From contig CBDURI010000002.1 of NCBI GenBank assembly GCA_965369435.1, positions 1 through 38,656 on the forward strand: a stretch of DNA of 38,656 bases. The letters run 5' to 3'. The notes under the pieces were generated by a model. That model was not told the origin of the DNA and did not search any database. It saw nothing but the letters and a program-made list of their open reading frames with translations. Within the stretch, counting starts at the first letter, position 1. Each line of letters starts with the position of its first letter. This document shows, one piece after another, positions 15,939 through 24,883 of the stretch. Both the position numbers and the translations under genes were made by a program. Origin of the DNA: an uncultured bacterium. Its GTDB lineage: Bacteria > Myxococcota_A > Polyangia > Polyangiales > Houyiibacteriaceae.

Positions 15939-17344
15939 TGGCCACCCCGATCCCCACGAATCAGGCGCGGTTTGGTCGAGATGAGGTGGTCTCTGCGACG
16001 CAGGGCGCTGCGGGCGGGCCAGCGTGGGAAGGGGTGCGCGGTGTGGTGACGGATTCCCGAGCTGTCCAGCCCGGTAACCTGTTCGTGGCGTTGCGTGGCG
16101 AGCGATTCGACGCGCGTGAGTTCGTGACGCAAGCGGTGGATGCAGGGGCTGCGGCGGTGATTGTGGAGCGTGGAACGTCGCTTCCCGCCCACGTGAGCGC
16201 GGTAGAGGTGGCTGACACGCTACTCGCCCTTGGCGACCTTGCGAAGGCCCACCGCGCCGCATGGAATGGAAAGGTCGTTGGAATCACCGGTTCCGTGGGC
16301 AAGACGACCACGAAAGACCTCGCCGCCGCCGCCCTGCAATCATCGGGTCACCGAGTGCTCAAGACCACGGGCAACCTCAACAATCGAATCGGTGTTCCCA
16401 TGACGCTCTTCCAGCTCGACGAGACAGTCGACACGGCCGTCATCGAGATGGGAACGAGCGAGCCGGGCGAGATCGCGCGATTGGCCGAGATTGCGGCGCC
16501 CGACATAGGCATCGTAACGCGGGCGAGCCTGGCGCACACCGAGGGACTCGGTTCAGTGGAAGCCGTGGCGGATGAGAAAGTCTCGCTCTTGCATGCCATT
16601 GCTCCGGACGGCGTAGCCGTGGCGTACGGGGATGACCCGCCGCTGAAGAAGCGCGCCTCAGTCGTGGGTGCCAAGCGCAAGCTCTTCTACGGCCGTACTG
16701 CGGGCAACGACGTACGCGTCATCGACTGGGATGTCGACGCGGACGGTACCCGGGCCCGGTTTCAAGTTCGCGGTCGGGACGTCCAGATCGCGATGCGGTT
16801 GTTGGGGGAGGGAGCGGTTCTCAATGCGGCGGGCGCTCTGGCAATCGTCTTCGGTTTGGAAGCGTCGATCGAGGATGCTGCTCGGGGAATGGCAGGAGTT
16901 GCGCCTTCGCCTGGCCGCATGCAACCCCGCGTGGGGAGCGGTGACCGCCTCATCATCGACGACTCTTACAACGCGAATCCTGCATCGTTCGAGGTGGCGC
17001 TGAATGCTGCGCGCGCGATCGCAGCCAAGCGCGAGGCGCCGTTGGTTGCTGTGCTCGGCGATATGAAGGAGCTGGGAGCCCACAGCGAGGCGGCGCACCA
17101 ACAGGTTGGTGAACTCGTCTCCGGTGCCGGGGTGTTTCTCTTCGTGGGCTGCGGCGAGGCGATGCGCGAGGCGGTTGGGACGGCGAACGCTCGCGGTGTT
17201 GATACGCTTTGGTTCGACGATGCGGCTAACTGTGGAGAGCTTTCCGGACGCCTTCCCTTGAACGCCGTCATCTTGGTGAAAGGTTCGCGGTCGATGGAGA
17301 TGGAACGCGTGATCGCTCCCCTTCTCGAAGGGAAGCGACGATGA
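15935..17344 (+). CDS. murF: UDP-MurNAc-tripeptide:D-Ala-D-Ala ligase
   Basis: It has GITGSVGKTTTK and Mur ligase architecture. It is in the canonical position. The GTGATG start overlaps the murE stop. Confidence 0.95.
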   Translation: MMATPIPTNQARFGRDEVVSATQGAAGGPAWEGVRGVVTDSRAVQPGNLFVALRGERFDAREFVTQAVDAGAAAVIVERGTSLPAHVSAVEVADTLLALGDLAKAHRAAWNGKVVGITGSVGKTTTKDLAAAALQSSGHRVLKTTGNLNNRIGVPMTLFQLDETVDTAVIEMGTSEPGEIARLAEIAAPDIGIVTRASLAHTEGLGSVEAVADEKVSLLHAIAPDGVAVAYGDDPPLKKRASVVGAKRKLFYGRTAGNDVRVIDWDVDADGTRARFQVRGRDVQIAMRLLGEGAVLNAAGALAIVFGLEASIEDAARGMAGVAPSPGRMQPRVGSGDRLIIDDSYNANPASFEVALNAARAIAAKREAPLVAVLGDMKELGAHSEAAHQQVGELVSGAGVFLFVGCGEAMREAVGTANARGVDTLWFDDAANCGELSGRLPLNAVILVKGSRSMEMERVIAPLLEGKRR

Positions 17345-18468
17345 TCTACTACCTGCTCTATCCGCTGCACACGCACGAATCGTTGTCCTTTCTCAACGTT
17401 CTTCGGTACGTCCCGTTCCGTTTCCTCATGGCGACGATGACATCGCTCTTGCTGACTTTTGGGCTTTATCCCTGGTTCATTCGTCGATTGCAGCGCAAGC
17501 AGATCGGCCAGGTCGTTCGTACGGACGGCCCGGAGACGCATTTGTCCAAGGCCGGGACACCCACCATGGGCGGCGCTCTCATGTTGCTGGCGCTCGTGCT
17601 CTCCACGGTATTGTGGGCGGACCCTTCCAATTCGATGGTCTGGGTCGTTACCTTGATCACGGTGGCTTACGGCGTCGTCGGCTACATCGACGATACGTCC
17701 AAGATCCGAACGCGTTCGGCCCGGGGTCTGTCGGGCCGGTACAAGCTCCTTCTGCAGTTCGGCACTGCGATTCTCGTCTGCAGCTGGCTCTACTACGGCG
17801 AAGCCGGCCTGCCGAGCGATTGGCTGGAAATCCGGCACCGGCTCGCTGCTCCGTTCTTCGCGTTCTCGAAGTACCCGATCGAGCTGCCACCCTGGCTCTA
17901 CGTCATCTTCTCCTCGTTCGTCATGGTCGGCACATCGAACGCGGTGAACCTGACGGACGGCCTCGATGGCCTGGCCATCGGTCCGGTGATGATCTCGGCA
18001 GGCACCTACGCCATCCTTGCATACCTTGCGGGTCTGACCCTGTTCGGCAACGTCGTTGCCGGATACCTCGATATTCCTCACATCGAGAGCGCCGGCGAGC
18101 TCAGCATTTTTGCGGCGTCCATGGTTGGCGTCGGATTCGGGTTCCTTTGGTACAACACATACCCCGCCCAGGTCTTCATGGGTGACGTGGGCTCCCTCGC
18201 TCTCGGCGGCGGCCTTGGTGCGCTGGCGGTTCTCACCAAGAACGAGCTCCTCTCCGTGATTCTCTGCGGGATCTTCGTCGTCGAAGCGGTGAGCGTCATC
18301 CTCCAGGTCGGATACTTCCGCCTCACGGGGAGGCGCATCTTCTTGATGGCGCCGATTCACCATCACTTTGAGAAGAAGGGTTGGCCCGAGCCGCGGGTCA
18401 TCGTTCGATTCTGGATTATCGCGATCATGCTGGCGGTGTTCAGCCTGGCCACGTTGAAGCTGAGGTAA
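17341..18468 (+). CDS. mraY: Phospho-N-acetylmuramoyl-pentapeptide transferase
   Basis: It is a polytopic membrane protein with GTPTMGG, NAVNLTDGLDGLA and FMGDVGSLALGG motifs. There is an ATGA overlap with murF. Confidence 0.96.
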   Translation: MIYYLLYPLHTHESLSFLNVLRYVPFRFLMATMTSLLLTFGLYPWFIRRLQRKQIGQVVRTDGPETHLSKAGTPTMGGALMLLALVLSTVLWADPSNSMVWVVTLITVAYGVVGYIDDTSKIRTRSARGLSGRYKLLLQFGTAILVCSWLYYGEAGLPSDWLEIRHRLAAPFFAFSKYPIELPPWLYVIFSSFVMVGTSNAVNLTDGLDGLAIGPVMISAGTYAILAYLAGLTLFGNVVAGYLDIPHIESAGELSIFAASMVGVGFGFLWYNTYPAQVFMGDVGSLALGGGLGALAVLTKNELLSVILCGIFVVEAVSVILQVGYFRLTGRRIFLMAPIHHHFEKKGWPEPRVIVRFWIIAIMLAVFSLATLKLR

Positions 18469-18470
18469 CT

Positions 18471-19823
18471 GTGGATCTCTCCGAGAAAAACACGATGGTG
18501 GTCGGGCTCGGCGAGAGCGGGCTGGCCGTCGTGCGCTTTGTCGCCGGGCGCGGGGCGCGAGTCGTCGTGAACGACCAGCGCAACCGAGAGGCGCTGGGTG
18601 CTGCGGCAACCGAAGCCGAGCAGCTCGGCGCGCAGCTCGTGCTAGGCGGGCACCCCGACAGCGCCTTCGAGGACTTGGACCTCATCGTCGTCTCGCCGGG
18701 CGTACCAGCACTCGCGCAGCTCGACCGAGCCGAACAGCGTGGTGTGCCGGTCATCAGCGAGATAGAGCTCGCAGCACGCTTCATCGAGGCGCCCATCGTC
18801 GCGATCACCGGCACCAATGGCAAGAGCACCGTCACCACGTTGATCGGCGAGATGAGCCGCCGGCTCGAACGTCCGGTGTTTGTTGGGGGCAATTTGGGCC
18901 GCCCCATGATCGAGGCTGCGGGCACCGACGCCGGAGCGAAGGGCGGCCTCGTCATCGTCGAGCTCTCGAGCTTCCAGCTCGAACGCGTGTCGCAGATGAA
19001 GGCCCACGTCGCCATCTTGCTCAACATCACCCCCGACCACCTCGACCGCTACCCGTCGTTCGAAGCCTACGCGGCTGCCAAGGCCCGCATCTTCGAGCGT
19101 CAGAATGCCGACGATTTTGCGGTGCTACCGGCCGACGCCGCCGATCTCCGGGAGCTCATCGAGGACGACGGAACGGTGGTGCTGTTCGGCGGGCGTGCCG
19201 GTGACGTTCGTGTGATCGACGGTGTGCTCACGGATCTGCAGAGCGGCCTCCGTGTGCCGGTTGGCGAGCTGCGGATTCGAGGGTCGCACAACGTGTCGAA
19301 CGCCTGCGCGGCTGCGCTTGCGGCGCGCTTGCTCGGTGTTCACGACGATGACATCGCTTCGGTGCTCCGTGAGTTCAGGGGCCTGGCTCACCGAACGCAG
19401 TACGTTCGTTCCGTCGACGGTGTTGAGTACATAGATGATTCGAAGGCCACCAATGTGGGTGCCGCGGTTGCCTCGATCGACGGTTTGACGCCGTCGAAAG
19501 GCAAAATCGTTCTCATCGCTGGCGGCGTCGACAAGGGAGGAAGCTACCAGCCACTTCAGCAGCGCATGTCGAAAGAGGGGCGGGCGGTCGTCGTGCTCGG
19601 CGAGGCTGCCTCGCTGCTAGAGCGGGCGTTCGCAGGTTCTCCAGTCGAGTTCCGGCATGCGTCCTCGATGAGCGACGCGGTCACGCACGCTGCTGCACTG
19701 GCTCGGCCCGGCGACACGGTACTTCTGGCGCCGGCCTGTTCGAGCTTCGATATGTTCCGATCGTACGCCGAGCGTGGCGATCGCTTCCAACGAGCCGTCG
19801 AAACCCTGGGAGAGCAACCATGA
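18471..19823 (+). CDS. murD: UDP-MurNAc-L-Ala:D-Glu ligase
   Basis: It has VVGLGESG (Rossmann-like N-domain) and ITGTNGKST. I chose the GTG at 18471, 2 nt after the mraY stop. The track ORF from 18381 overlaps mraY. Confidence 0.93.
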   Translation: MDLSEKNTMVVGLGESGLAVVRFVAGRGARVVVNDQRNREALGAAATEAEQLGAQLVLGGHPDSAFEDLDLIVVSPGVPALAQLDRAEQRGVPVISEIELAARFIEAPIVAITGTNGKSTVTTLIGEMSRRLERPVFVGGNLGRPMIEAAGTDAGAKGGLVIVELSSFQLERVSQMKAHVAILLNITPDHLDRYPSFEAYAAAKARIFERQNADDFAVLPADAADLRELIEDDGTVVLFGGRAGDVRVIDGVLTDLQSGLRVPVGELRIRGSHNVSNACAAALAARLLGVHDDDIASVLREFRGLAHRTQYVRSVDGVEYIDDSKATNVGAAVASIDGLTPSKGKIVLIAGGVDKGGSYQPLQQRMSKEGRAVVVLGEAASLLERAFAGSPVEFRHASSMSDAVTHAAALARPGDTVLLAPACSSFDMFRSYAERGDRFQRAVETLGEQP

Positions 19824-21016
19824 CACGCGCGTCGAAATCAATAGCTCCGGTGGAGCCAGGCCCCGTCGACGTGACGCTCGCTGCGACGCTCGTTGGCCTG
19901 ATCGCGTTCGGCGTTGTGATGGTTTACAGCGCGAGCGCCGTCTACGCGAACAACATGTTCGGGGACGGACACCACTTCCTCGTCCGACAAACGATTTTCG
20001 CTGCCGCCGCGTTTATCGTCCTCGTCGTCTCTACCCGTCTCAACATCGGCCTGCTCCGGCGCTCGACGTATCCCGTCCTGCTGGTGTCCATAGTGCTGAT
20101 GATCGCCGTCGCTCTGGGATTCGGACGCAGTGCAGGCGGCGCGACGCGTTGGCTCACAGTGGGACCCGTAAACGTGCAACCCGCCGAGCTGGCGAAGCTC
20201 GCCATGATCATGTGGCTCGCCCACTCGTTGGCGAAGAAGTCGAACCAAATGCGAACGTTCTCTATCGGGTTCCTCCCGCATGTGCTCGTCGCTGGCCTCT
20301 TGATGCTCCTGTGCCTGGCGCAACCCGACTTCGGCAGCGCCGTGATGATCGCGCTCCTGACGTTCGTCGTGCTTTTCGCCGCGGGTGCGAAGGCGGGCTA
20401 CCTGCTGGGCTGCGTGCTGTTGACCATCCCGGTCGGGTACGCCGCCATCGCATCGTCCCCCTACCGAATGCGCCGCATCCAAGCGTTCCTCGAGCCGTTC
20501 GAGCACAGGCAGGGCGCCGGCTACCAGATCACGGAATCGCTGATGAGCTTTGGCTCCGGCGGCTGGACGGGCGTCGGTTTGGGCGACGGCCGCCAGAAAC
20601 TGTTGTTCTTGCCGGAGGCGCACACCGATTTCATCAGCGCGATCATCGGCGAAGAGCTTGGCTTCATCGGAGTCGTGCTCCTTTGCGCCGCTTTCGGATG
20701 GGTGGTCTTTCGCGGCCTTCGGGCCGCATGGCGCGCGCAGGACGAGTACGCCGGCTACCTCGCCGTAGGCATGACCCTGTTCATCGGCCTTCAGGCGTTT
20801 ACCAATCTGGCGGTCGCCATGGGGCTCCTACCCACCAAGGGCCTGGCACTTCCTTTCGTCAGCTACGGTGGGTCGTCACTTCTGGTGAACGCTGCCGCGG
20901 CCGGCATCATCCTCAACACCTCGCGTTACGGCGTGTCGCGGACGGTGGAAGCCCCGGCGCGCATCAAACCGAAGAGACCCCAGCCGAGGCTACGAACGGC
21001 CAAGGGAGGTGCATGA
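19820..21016 (+). CDS. ftsW: SEDS-family peptidoglycan polymerase FtsW
   Basis: It has about 10 transmembrane segments, with PAELAKL, LPEAHTDFI and LPFVSYGGSS motifs. There is an ATGA overlap with murD. Confidence 0.94.
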   Translation: MTRASKSIAPVEPGPVDVTLAATLVGLIAFGVVMVYSASAVYANNMFGDGHHFLVRQTIFAAAAFIVLVVSTRLNIGLLRRSTYPVLLVSIVLMIAVALGFGRSAGGATRWLTVGPVNVQPAELAKLAMIMWLAHSLAKKSNQMRTFSIGFLPHVLVAGLLMLLCLAQPDFGSAVMIALLTFVVLFAAGAKAGYLLGCVLLTIPVGYAAIASSPYRMRRIQAFLEPFEHRQGAGYQITESLMSFGSGGWTGVGLGDGRQKLLFLPEAHTDFISAIIGEELGFIGVVLLCAAFGWVVFRGLRAAWRAQDEYAGYLAVGMTLFIGLQAFTNLAVAMGLLPTKGLALPFVSYGGSSLLVNAAAAGIILNTSRYGVSRTVEAPARIKPKRPQPRLRTAKGGA

Positions 21017-22290
21017 TGATCCAACGCATCATGGTTGCCGGCGGTGGCACGGGAGGACATCTCTTTCCCGGGCTCGCCGTCGTCGAGGAGCTTCGGCAGC
21101 GGGTCCCCGGGCTCGAGGTGAAGTTCGTGGGCACCGCACGTGGCATCGAAGCGCGCATTCTTCCGGGGCGTGGCGAGGCCCTGGAGCTGCTGAAAGTGAC
21201 TCCCCTCAAAGGTCAGGGAGTGAGCGCACGTTTCAAGAGCCTCGCGCGCATTCCGACGGCGATGAAGGAAGCGTCGGCCCTCATGCGCGACTTCGAGCCG
21301 GACTTGGTGTTGGGTGTTGGCGGCTACGCGTCGGGTCCGGTGCTGATGTCCGCATCGCTGTCGGGGCGCCCGACCGCGGTTCTCGAGCAAAACGCCTACG
21401 TCGGGATGACCAATCGAATCCTTGCCCGCTTCGTCGACCGCGCCTACATCGCCTTCGAGCAGACCGAAGAGGTGTTCGGGAAGAACAAGTCGCGACTCAC
21501 GGGCAATCCGGTTCGGCGCGAGTTCGTCGAGCACGCGCGCCTCGCGATCGCGGATCCCGAGGGATTCGAGTCCCGCGCGCGCACCGTGCTCGTCCTCGGC
21601 GGATCGCAGGGCGCCCAGAAACTGAACGAAGATCTCCCGCGCTCGCTCGCTCAGGCGGGCCTTGCCCATCGTGACCTCGACGTCGTGCATCAGGCGGGGG
21701 AGTCGATGCGCGAGGAGGTCGAGGCGACCTATCGGGAGCTCGGTATCCGTGCCAAGGTCGTGACCTTCATCGATGAGATGGCGCGCGCCTATTCGAACGC
21801 GGCGCTGGTCGTCGCCCGCGCAGGCGCCACGACCTTGGCCGAGCTCTGCGCCATTGGTCGTCCATCCATCCTGATTCCGTTCCCGTTCGCTGCTGATGAT
21901 CATCAAGCCAAGAATGCGAAGGCGCTCGAAGAACAGGGTGGGTCGATCTGCATTCGAGAGGCGGACCTCCAAGTCGATGCGTTGGGGGAGCTCATCGGGG
22001 ACCTGCTAGACGATCCCGCGAGGCGGCAAGCGATGGCGCGCGCGGCGCGATCTCACGGCAGGCCCGATGCCGCGGCAGCCATCGTCGACGATATGATGGG
22101 ATGGCTCGGAGGCGCGGAGCCCAGAGGAGAACCCGTGGCGGCGCCCGAGAGTGAGCCGCCGCCGGGCGTGCGCTATGCTGGGCTTGCAATGTCGCCGATG
22201 CTCCGTCTCGGCGGCTCCGAAGTTGCTTTGCGCCCCGCGACCCATCGCCCGCGCCGCCCGGTTGTCGTTGATGGAGCCGTGTGGGAGTAA
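21013..22290 (+). CDS. murG: Lipid II synthase MurG (UDP-GlcNAc transferase) with a C-terminal extension of about 58 aa
   Basis: It starts at ATGATG 21013, overlapping the ftsW stop. It has the GGGTGGHLFPGLAV G-loop, and the GT28 N- and C-domains follow. The upstream part of the 838-aa track ORF is a shadow of ftsW. Confidence 0.93.
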   Translation: MMIQRIMVAGGGTGGHLFPGLAVVEELRQRVPGLEVKFVGTARGIEARILPGRGEALELLKVTPLKGQGVSARFKSLARIPTAMKEASALMRDFEPDLVLGVGGYASGPVLMSASLSGRPTAVLEQNAYVGMTNRILARFVDRAYIAFEQTEEVFGKNKSRLTGNPVRREFVEHARLAIADPEGFESRARTVLVLGGSQGAQKLNEDLPRSLAQAGLAHRDLDVVHQAGESMREEVEATYRELGIRAKVVTFIDEMARAYSNAALVVARAGATTLAELCAIGRPSILIPFPFAADDHQAKNAKALEEQGGSICIREADLQVDALGELIGDLLDDPARRQAMARAARSHGRPDAAAAIVDDMMGWLGGAEPRGEPVAAPESEPPPGVRYAGLAMSPMLRLGGSEVALRPATHRPRRPVVVDGAVWE

Positions 22291-22296
22291 GCGAGC

Positions 22297-23670
22297 ATGT
22301 TTCGCGGCAGAATTCGGTCCGTTCATTTCGTAGGCGTCGGCGGGGTCGGCATGAGCGGTATCGCAGAGGTGCTCCTCGATTCCGGCTTCGAAGTGACGGG
22401 GTCCGACCTCCGCGACAACGAATACACGCGCCGCCTCGCTGAGAAGGGCGCGAAGATCTACGTGGGCCACGAGGCCGAGCAGGTGACCGACGCGGACGTC
22501 GTCGTCTTTTCGTCGGCGGTCCCCCCAACCAACCCCGAGCTGGTTGCGGCCCGTAGGGCAGGGGTGCCGGTGATCCCCCGGGCCGAGATGCTCGGCGAGC
22601 TGATGCGGCTCAAAGACGGTATCGCCATTGCCGGCTCGCATGGAAAGACCACGACGACATCGCTGGTCGCGACCGTTCTACGCGGAGCGGGCCTCGACCC
22701 GACGGTCATCATCGGGGGGCAGCTCAACGCGCTCGGATCGGGCGCAGCCAGGGGCGCCGGAGACCTGCTGGTCGCTGAGGCCGACGAGTCCGACGGCTCC
22801 TTCCACCATCTCATCCCTTCTGTTGCGGTGATCACGAACATCGATGCAGAACACCTCGACCACTATGGAAGCCTCGAGGCCGTGAAGGAAGCTTTCGTCG
22901 ATTTTGCGAATCGCGTCCCCTTCTACGGCCTGGTCGTCGCCTGTCTCGATGACCCCAATGTGCAGGACGTCCTGCCGAGGCTCGACAAACGCATCGTGAC
23001 CTACGGGTTCTCGGCGCACGCGGACTACCGAGCACGCAACCCCGTGTTTTCCGGCTTATCGGTCGGCTTCGATGTCGAGCATCACGGCAAAAGCTTGGGC
23101 AAGTTCGAAGTTCGTATGCCGGGTATCCACAACGTCTTGAACGCGCTTGCAACCATCGCCGTCGCCGACGAGTTGCGGGTCGACCACGACCAGGTTCGTG
23201 CGGCCTTGAGGAGCTTCGAAGGCGTGCAGCGGAGGTTCTCGATCGTCGGGGAAGAGGCTGGCATCACGGTCGTGGACGACTACGGACACCACCCGACCGA
23301 GGTGGAAGTCACCCTCGAGGCTGCCCAAAAAGCGTACGGTTCCCGCATCGTGGTCGCCTTCCAGCCGCATCGCTACACGAGGACGCGAGACCTTTTCGAC
23401 GAGCTGACCAGAGCCTTCAACCGCGCCGATGTCCTATTCTTGACCGAGGTCTACCCGGCGGGCGAAAAACCGATCGAAGGGGCTGATGCGAGCCGCCTCG
23501 CCGAGGCGATTCGCGCGCATGGGCATCGAGACGTGACGTTGGTGGAAGACCGGAAGAACCTAGCTGAAGCGATTGGAGAGCGGGCGCGCCCGGGTGATGT
23601 CGTCATCATGCTCGGCGCCGGGGATATCACGCGCACCGGGTCAGAGCTCCTCGAGGTGCTCCGCCGATGA
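22297..23670 (+). CDS. murC: UDP-N-acetylmuramate:L-alanine ligase
   Basis: It has [17 protein letters not shown] and [12 protein letters not shown] motifs and Mur ligase architecture. Length is 457 aa. Confidence 0.95.
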   Translation: MFRGRIRSVHFVGVGGVGMSGIAEVLLDSGFEVTGSDLRDNEYTRRLAEKGAKIYVGHEAEQVTDADVVVFSSAVPPTNPELVAARRAGVPVIPRAEMLGELMRLKDGIAIAGSHGKTTTTSLVATVLRGAGLDPTVIIGGQLNALGSGAARGAGDLLVAEADESDGSFHHLIPSVAVITNIDAEHLDHYGSLEAVKEAFVDFANRVPFYGLVVACLDDPNVQDVLPRLDKRIVTYGFSAHADYRARNPVFSGLSVGFDVEHHGKSLGKFEVRMPGIHNVLNALATIAVADELRVDHDQVRAALRSFEGVQRRFSIVGEEAGITVVDDYGHHPTEVEVTLEAAQKAYGSRIVVAFQPHRYTRTRDLFDELTRAFNRADVLFLTEVYPAGEKPIEGADASRLAEAIRAHGHRDVTLVEDRKNLAEAIGERARPGDVVIMLGAGDITRTGSELLEVLRR

Positions 23671-24749
23671 ACCGCAGGCGGGCCCCATCGGCAGCTCGGA
23701 AGAAGCCGGCGCGCAAGAAGCCGATTCAAAGGAAGCCCCCCGAGAAGAAGAAGGCCGCGAAGCGTCCTGTTCGCAAGAACGTGACGGCCAAGAAGGCGGC
23801 GTCGAAGAGGTCTACCCGCACCGCGCCTCCGAAAAAGGCAGCGCGCAAGAAGGTCACAAGAAAGGCCGTCCGCGCCGACCGCAATCAGAATCGACGACGG
23901 CCCGTCCCGAAGAAACCGCGTCGCAGCGAGCCCAGGCCGAGCTGGCGAGAACGGGCGGCAGGGGTGCGAGAGAACGTGGGCGGCTGGATGATTCAGCGAC
24001 GGGGCCTGTTGCGCCGTGGAGTCCAAGTCGTCGGCGTCGGACTCGCGCTAGCCGCTTTGGTTTGGCTCGGGGACCAAAGCGTCCAGTACGCCCACAGCGC
24101 CACTGCCTTCGCCATTCGGGAGGTCATGGTCGAGGGCAACCAGCAGCTCGAGGACATCGACGTCCGTCGCGCCGCGGGGCTCCAGATCGGTTCAAACATT
24201 TTCGAGATTTCGAGCGAAGATGCCCGACATCACTTGCTTCAGCATCCGTGGATCGAGGAGGCAAACGTGGTGCGCAAGCTTCCCGGGCGCATTCGCATCG
24301 ACATCACGGAACGCCAACCGGTCGCGTTGGTCGCGTTGGACCAGCTCTACCTGGTGAGCCACGAGGGTGCCGTCTTCAAGCGCCTCGGCGTCGACGACCC
24401 CGTCGACCTGCCGGTCATCACTGGCATCGCCTCGGAGCGTTTCTACGACGACCTCGACTACCGCACCGCGATCCTCCTCCGCTCGATGGCGGTCCTGCAA
24501 GACTACGAAGGTGCGGGCCTCGCGACGCGGGAGCCCGTGTCGGAAATTCATTTTGAAGGTGTCCATGGAATCGAGCTCTTCATCGGCAATGACGGCATGA
24601 ATGTCCGCCTGGGCAACGGGCAGCACCGCCAAAAGCTCCGCCGCCTCCGCCAAGTCCTCGAACGACTTGCCCGAGAGAAAACGCGACCTTCCTACGTATA
24701 CCTCGACAACGTCCGAAGTCCTGAACGAGTCACCGTCCGCCTCCCGTAG
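23667..24749 (+). CDS. ftsQ: Cell division protein FtsQ with a 107-aa Lys/Arg/Pro-rich N-terminal tail
   Basis: From the internal Met at 23988 the protein is canonical FtsQ: a short basic tail, a transmembrane helix ([17 protein letters not shown]), then POTRA ([17 protein letters not shown]) and FtsQ-type domains. ATG 23667 overlaps the murC stop as ATGA. The tail uses AAG/CGC-rich, high-GC3 codons. Confidence 0.85.
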   Translation: MNRRRAPSAARKKPARKKPIQRKPPEKKKAAKRPVRKNVTAKKAASKRSTRTAPPKKAARKKVTRKAVRADRNQNRRRPVPKKPRRSEPRPSWRERAAGVRENVGGWMIQRRGLLRRGVQVVGVGLALAALVWLGDQSVQYAHSATAFAIREVMVEGNQQLEDIDVRRAAGLQIGSNIFEISSEDARHHLLQHPWIEEANVVRKLPGRIRIDITERQPVALVALDQLYLVSHEGAVFKRLGVDDPVDLPVITGIASERFYDDLDYRTAILLRSMAVLQDYEGAGLATREPVSEIHFEGVHGIELFIGNDGMNVRLGNGQHRQKLRRLRQVLERLAREKTRPSYVYLDNVRSPERVTVRLP

Positions 24750-24753
24750 ACCA

Positions 24754-24775
24754 AACGAGGGTTGGACGCCTCGTT
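24754..24775 (+). promoter_or_regulatory. Stem-loop immediately after the ftsQ stop (possible attenuator or processing site)
   Basis: AACGAGG (24754-24760) pairs with CCTCGTT (24769-24775) around an 8-nt loop. No U-tract follows directly. A T7 run lies at about 24820-24826. Confidence 0.3.
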
Positions 24776-24883
24776 GAAAGGGTTAAATCTAGGCAGGCGA
24801 AAATCGCATTTGGGCCCATTTTTTTCTGCACAAAAGTTGTCTCGCCAAATCGCGTTTCGGTATGGGTCAGAGAGAGGCGACGG

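Noticed and set aside
19774-21012. First 413 codons of the 838-aa + strand ORF (19774..22290)
   Set aside because: This is an alternative frame of ftsW. The translation is extremely Arg-rich with no membrane segments, whereas the ftsW frame gives a clean SEDS protein. Real murG begins at ATG 21013 in this frame.
23573-24556. 327-aa alternative-frame ORF across murC/ftsQ, and a 341-aa alternative-frame ORF (24862..25887) inside ftsA
   Set aside because: Both are Arg/Gly/Pro-rich low-complexity translations in the wrong frame of clearly identified genes.
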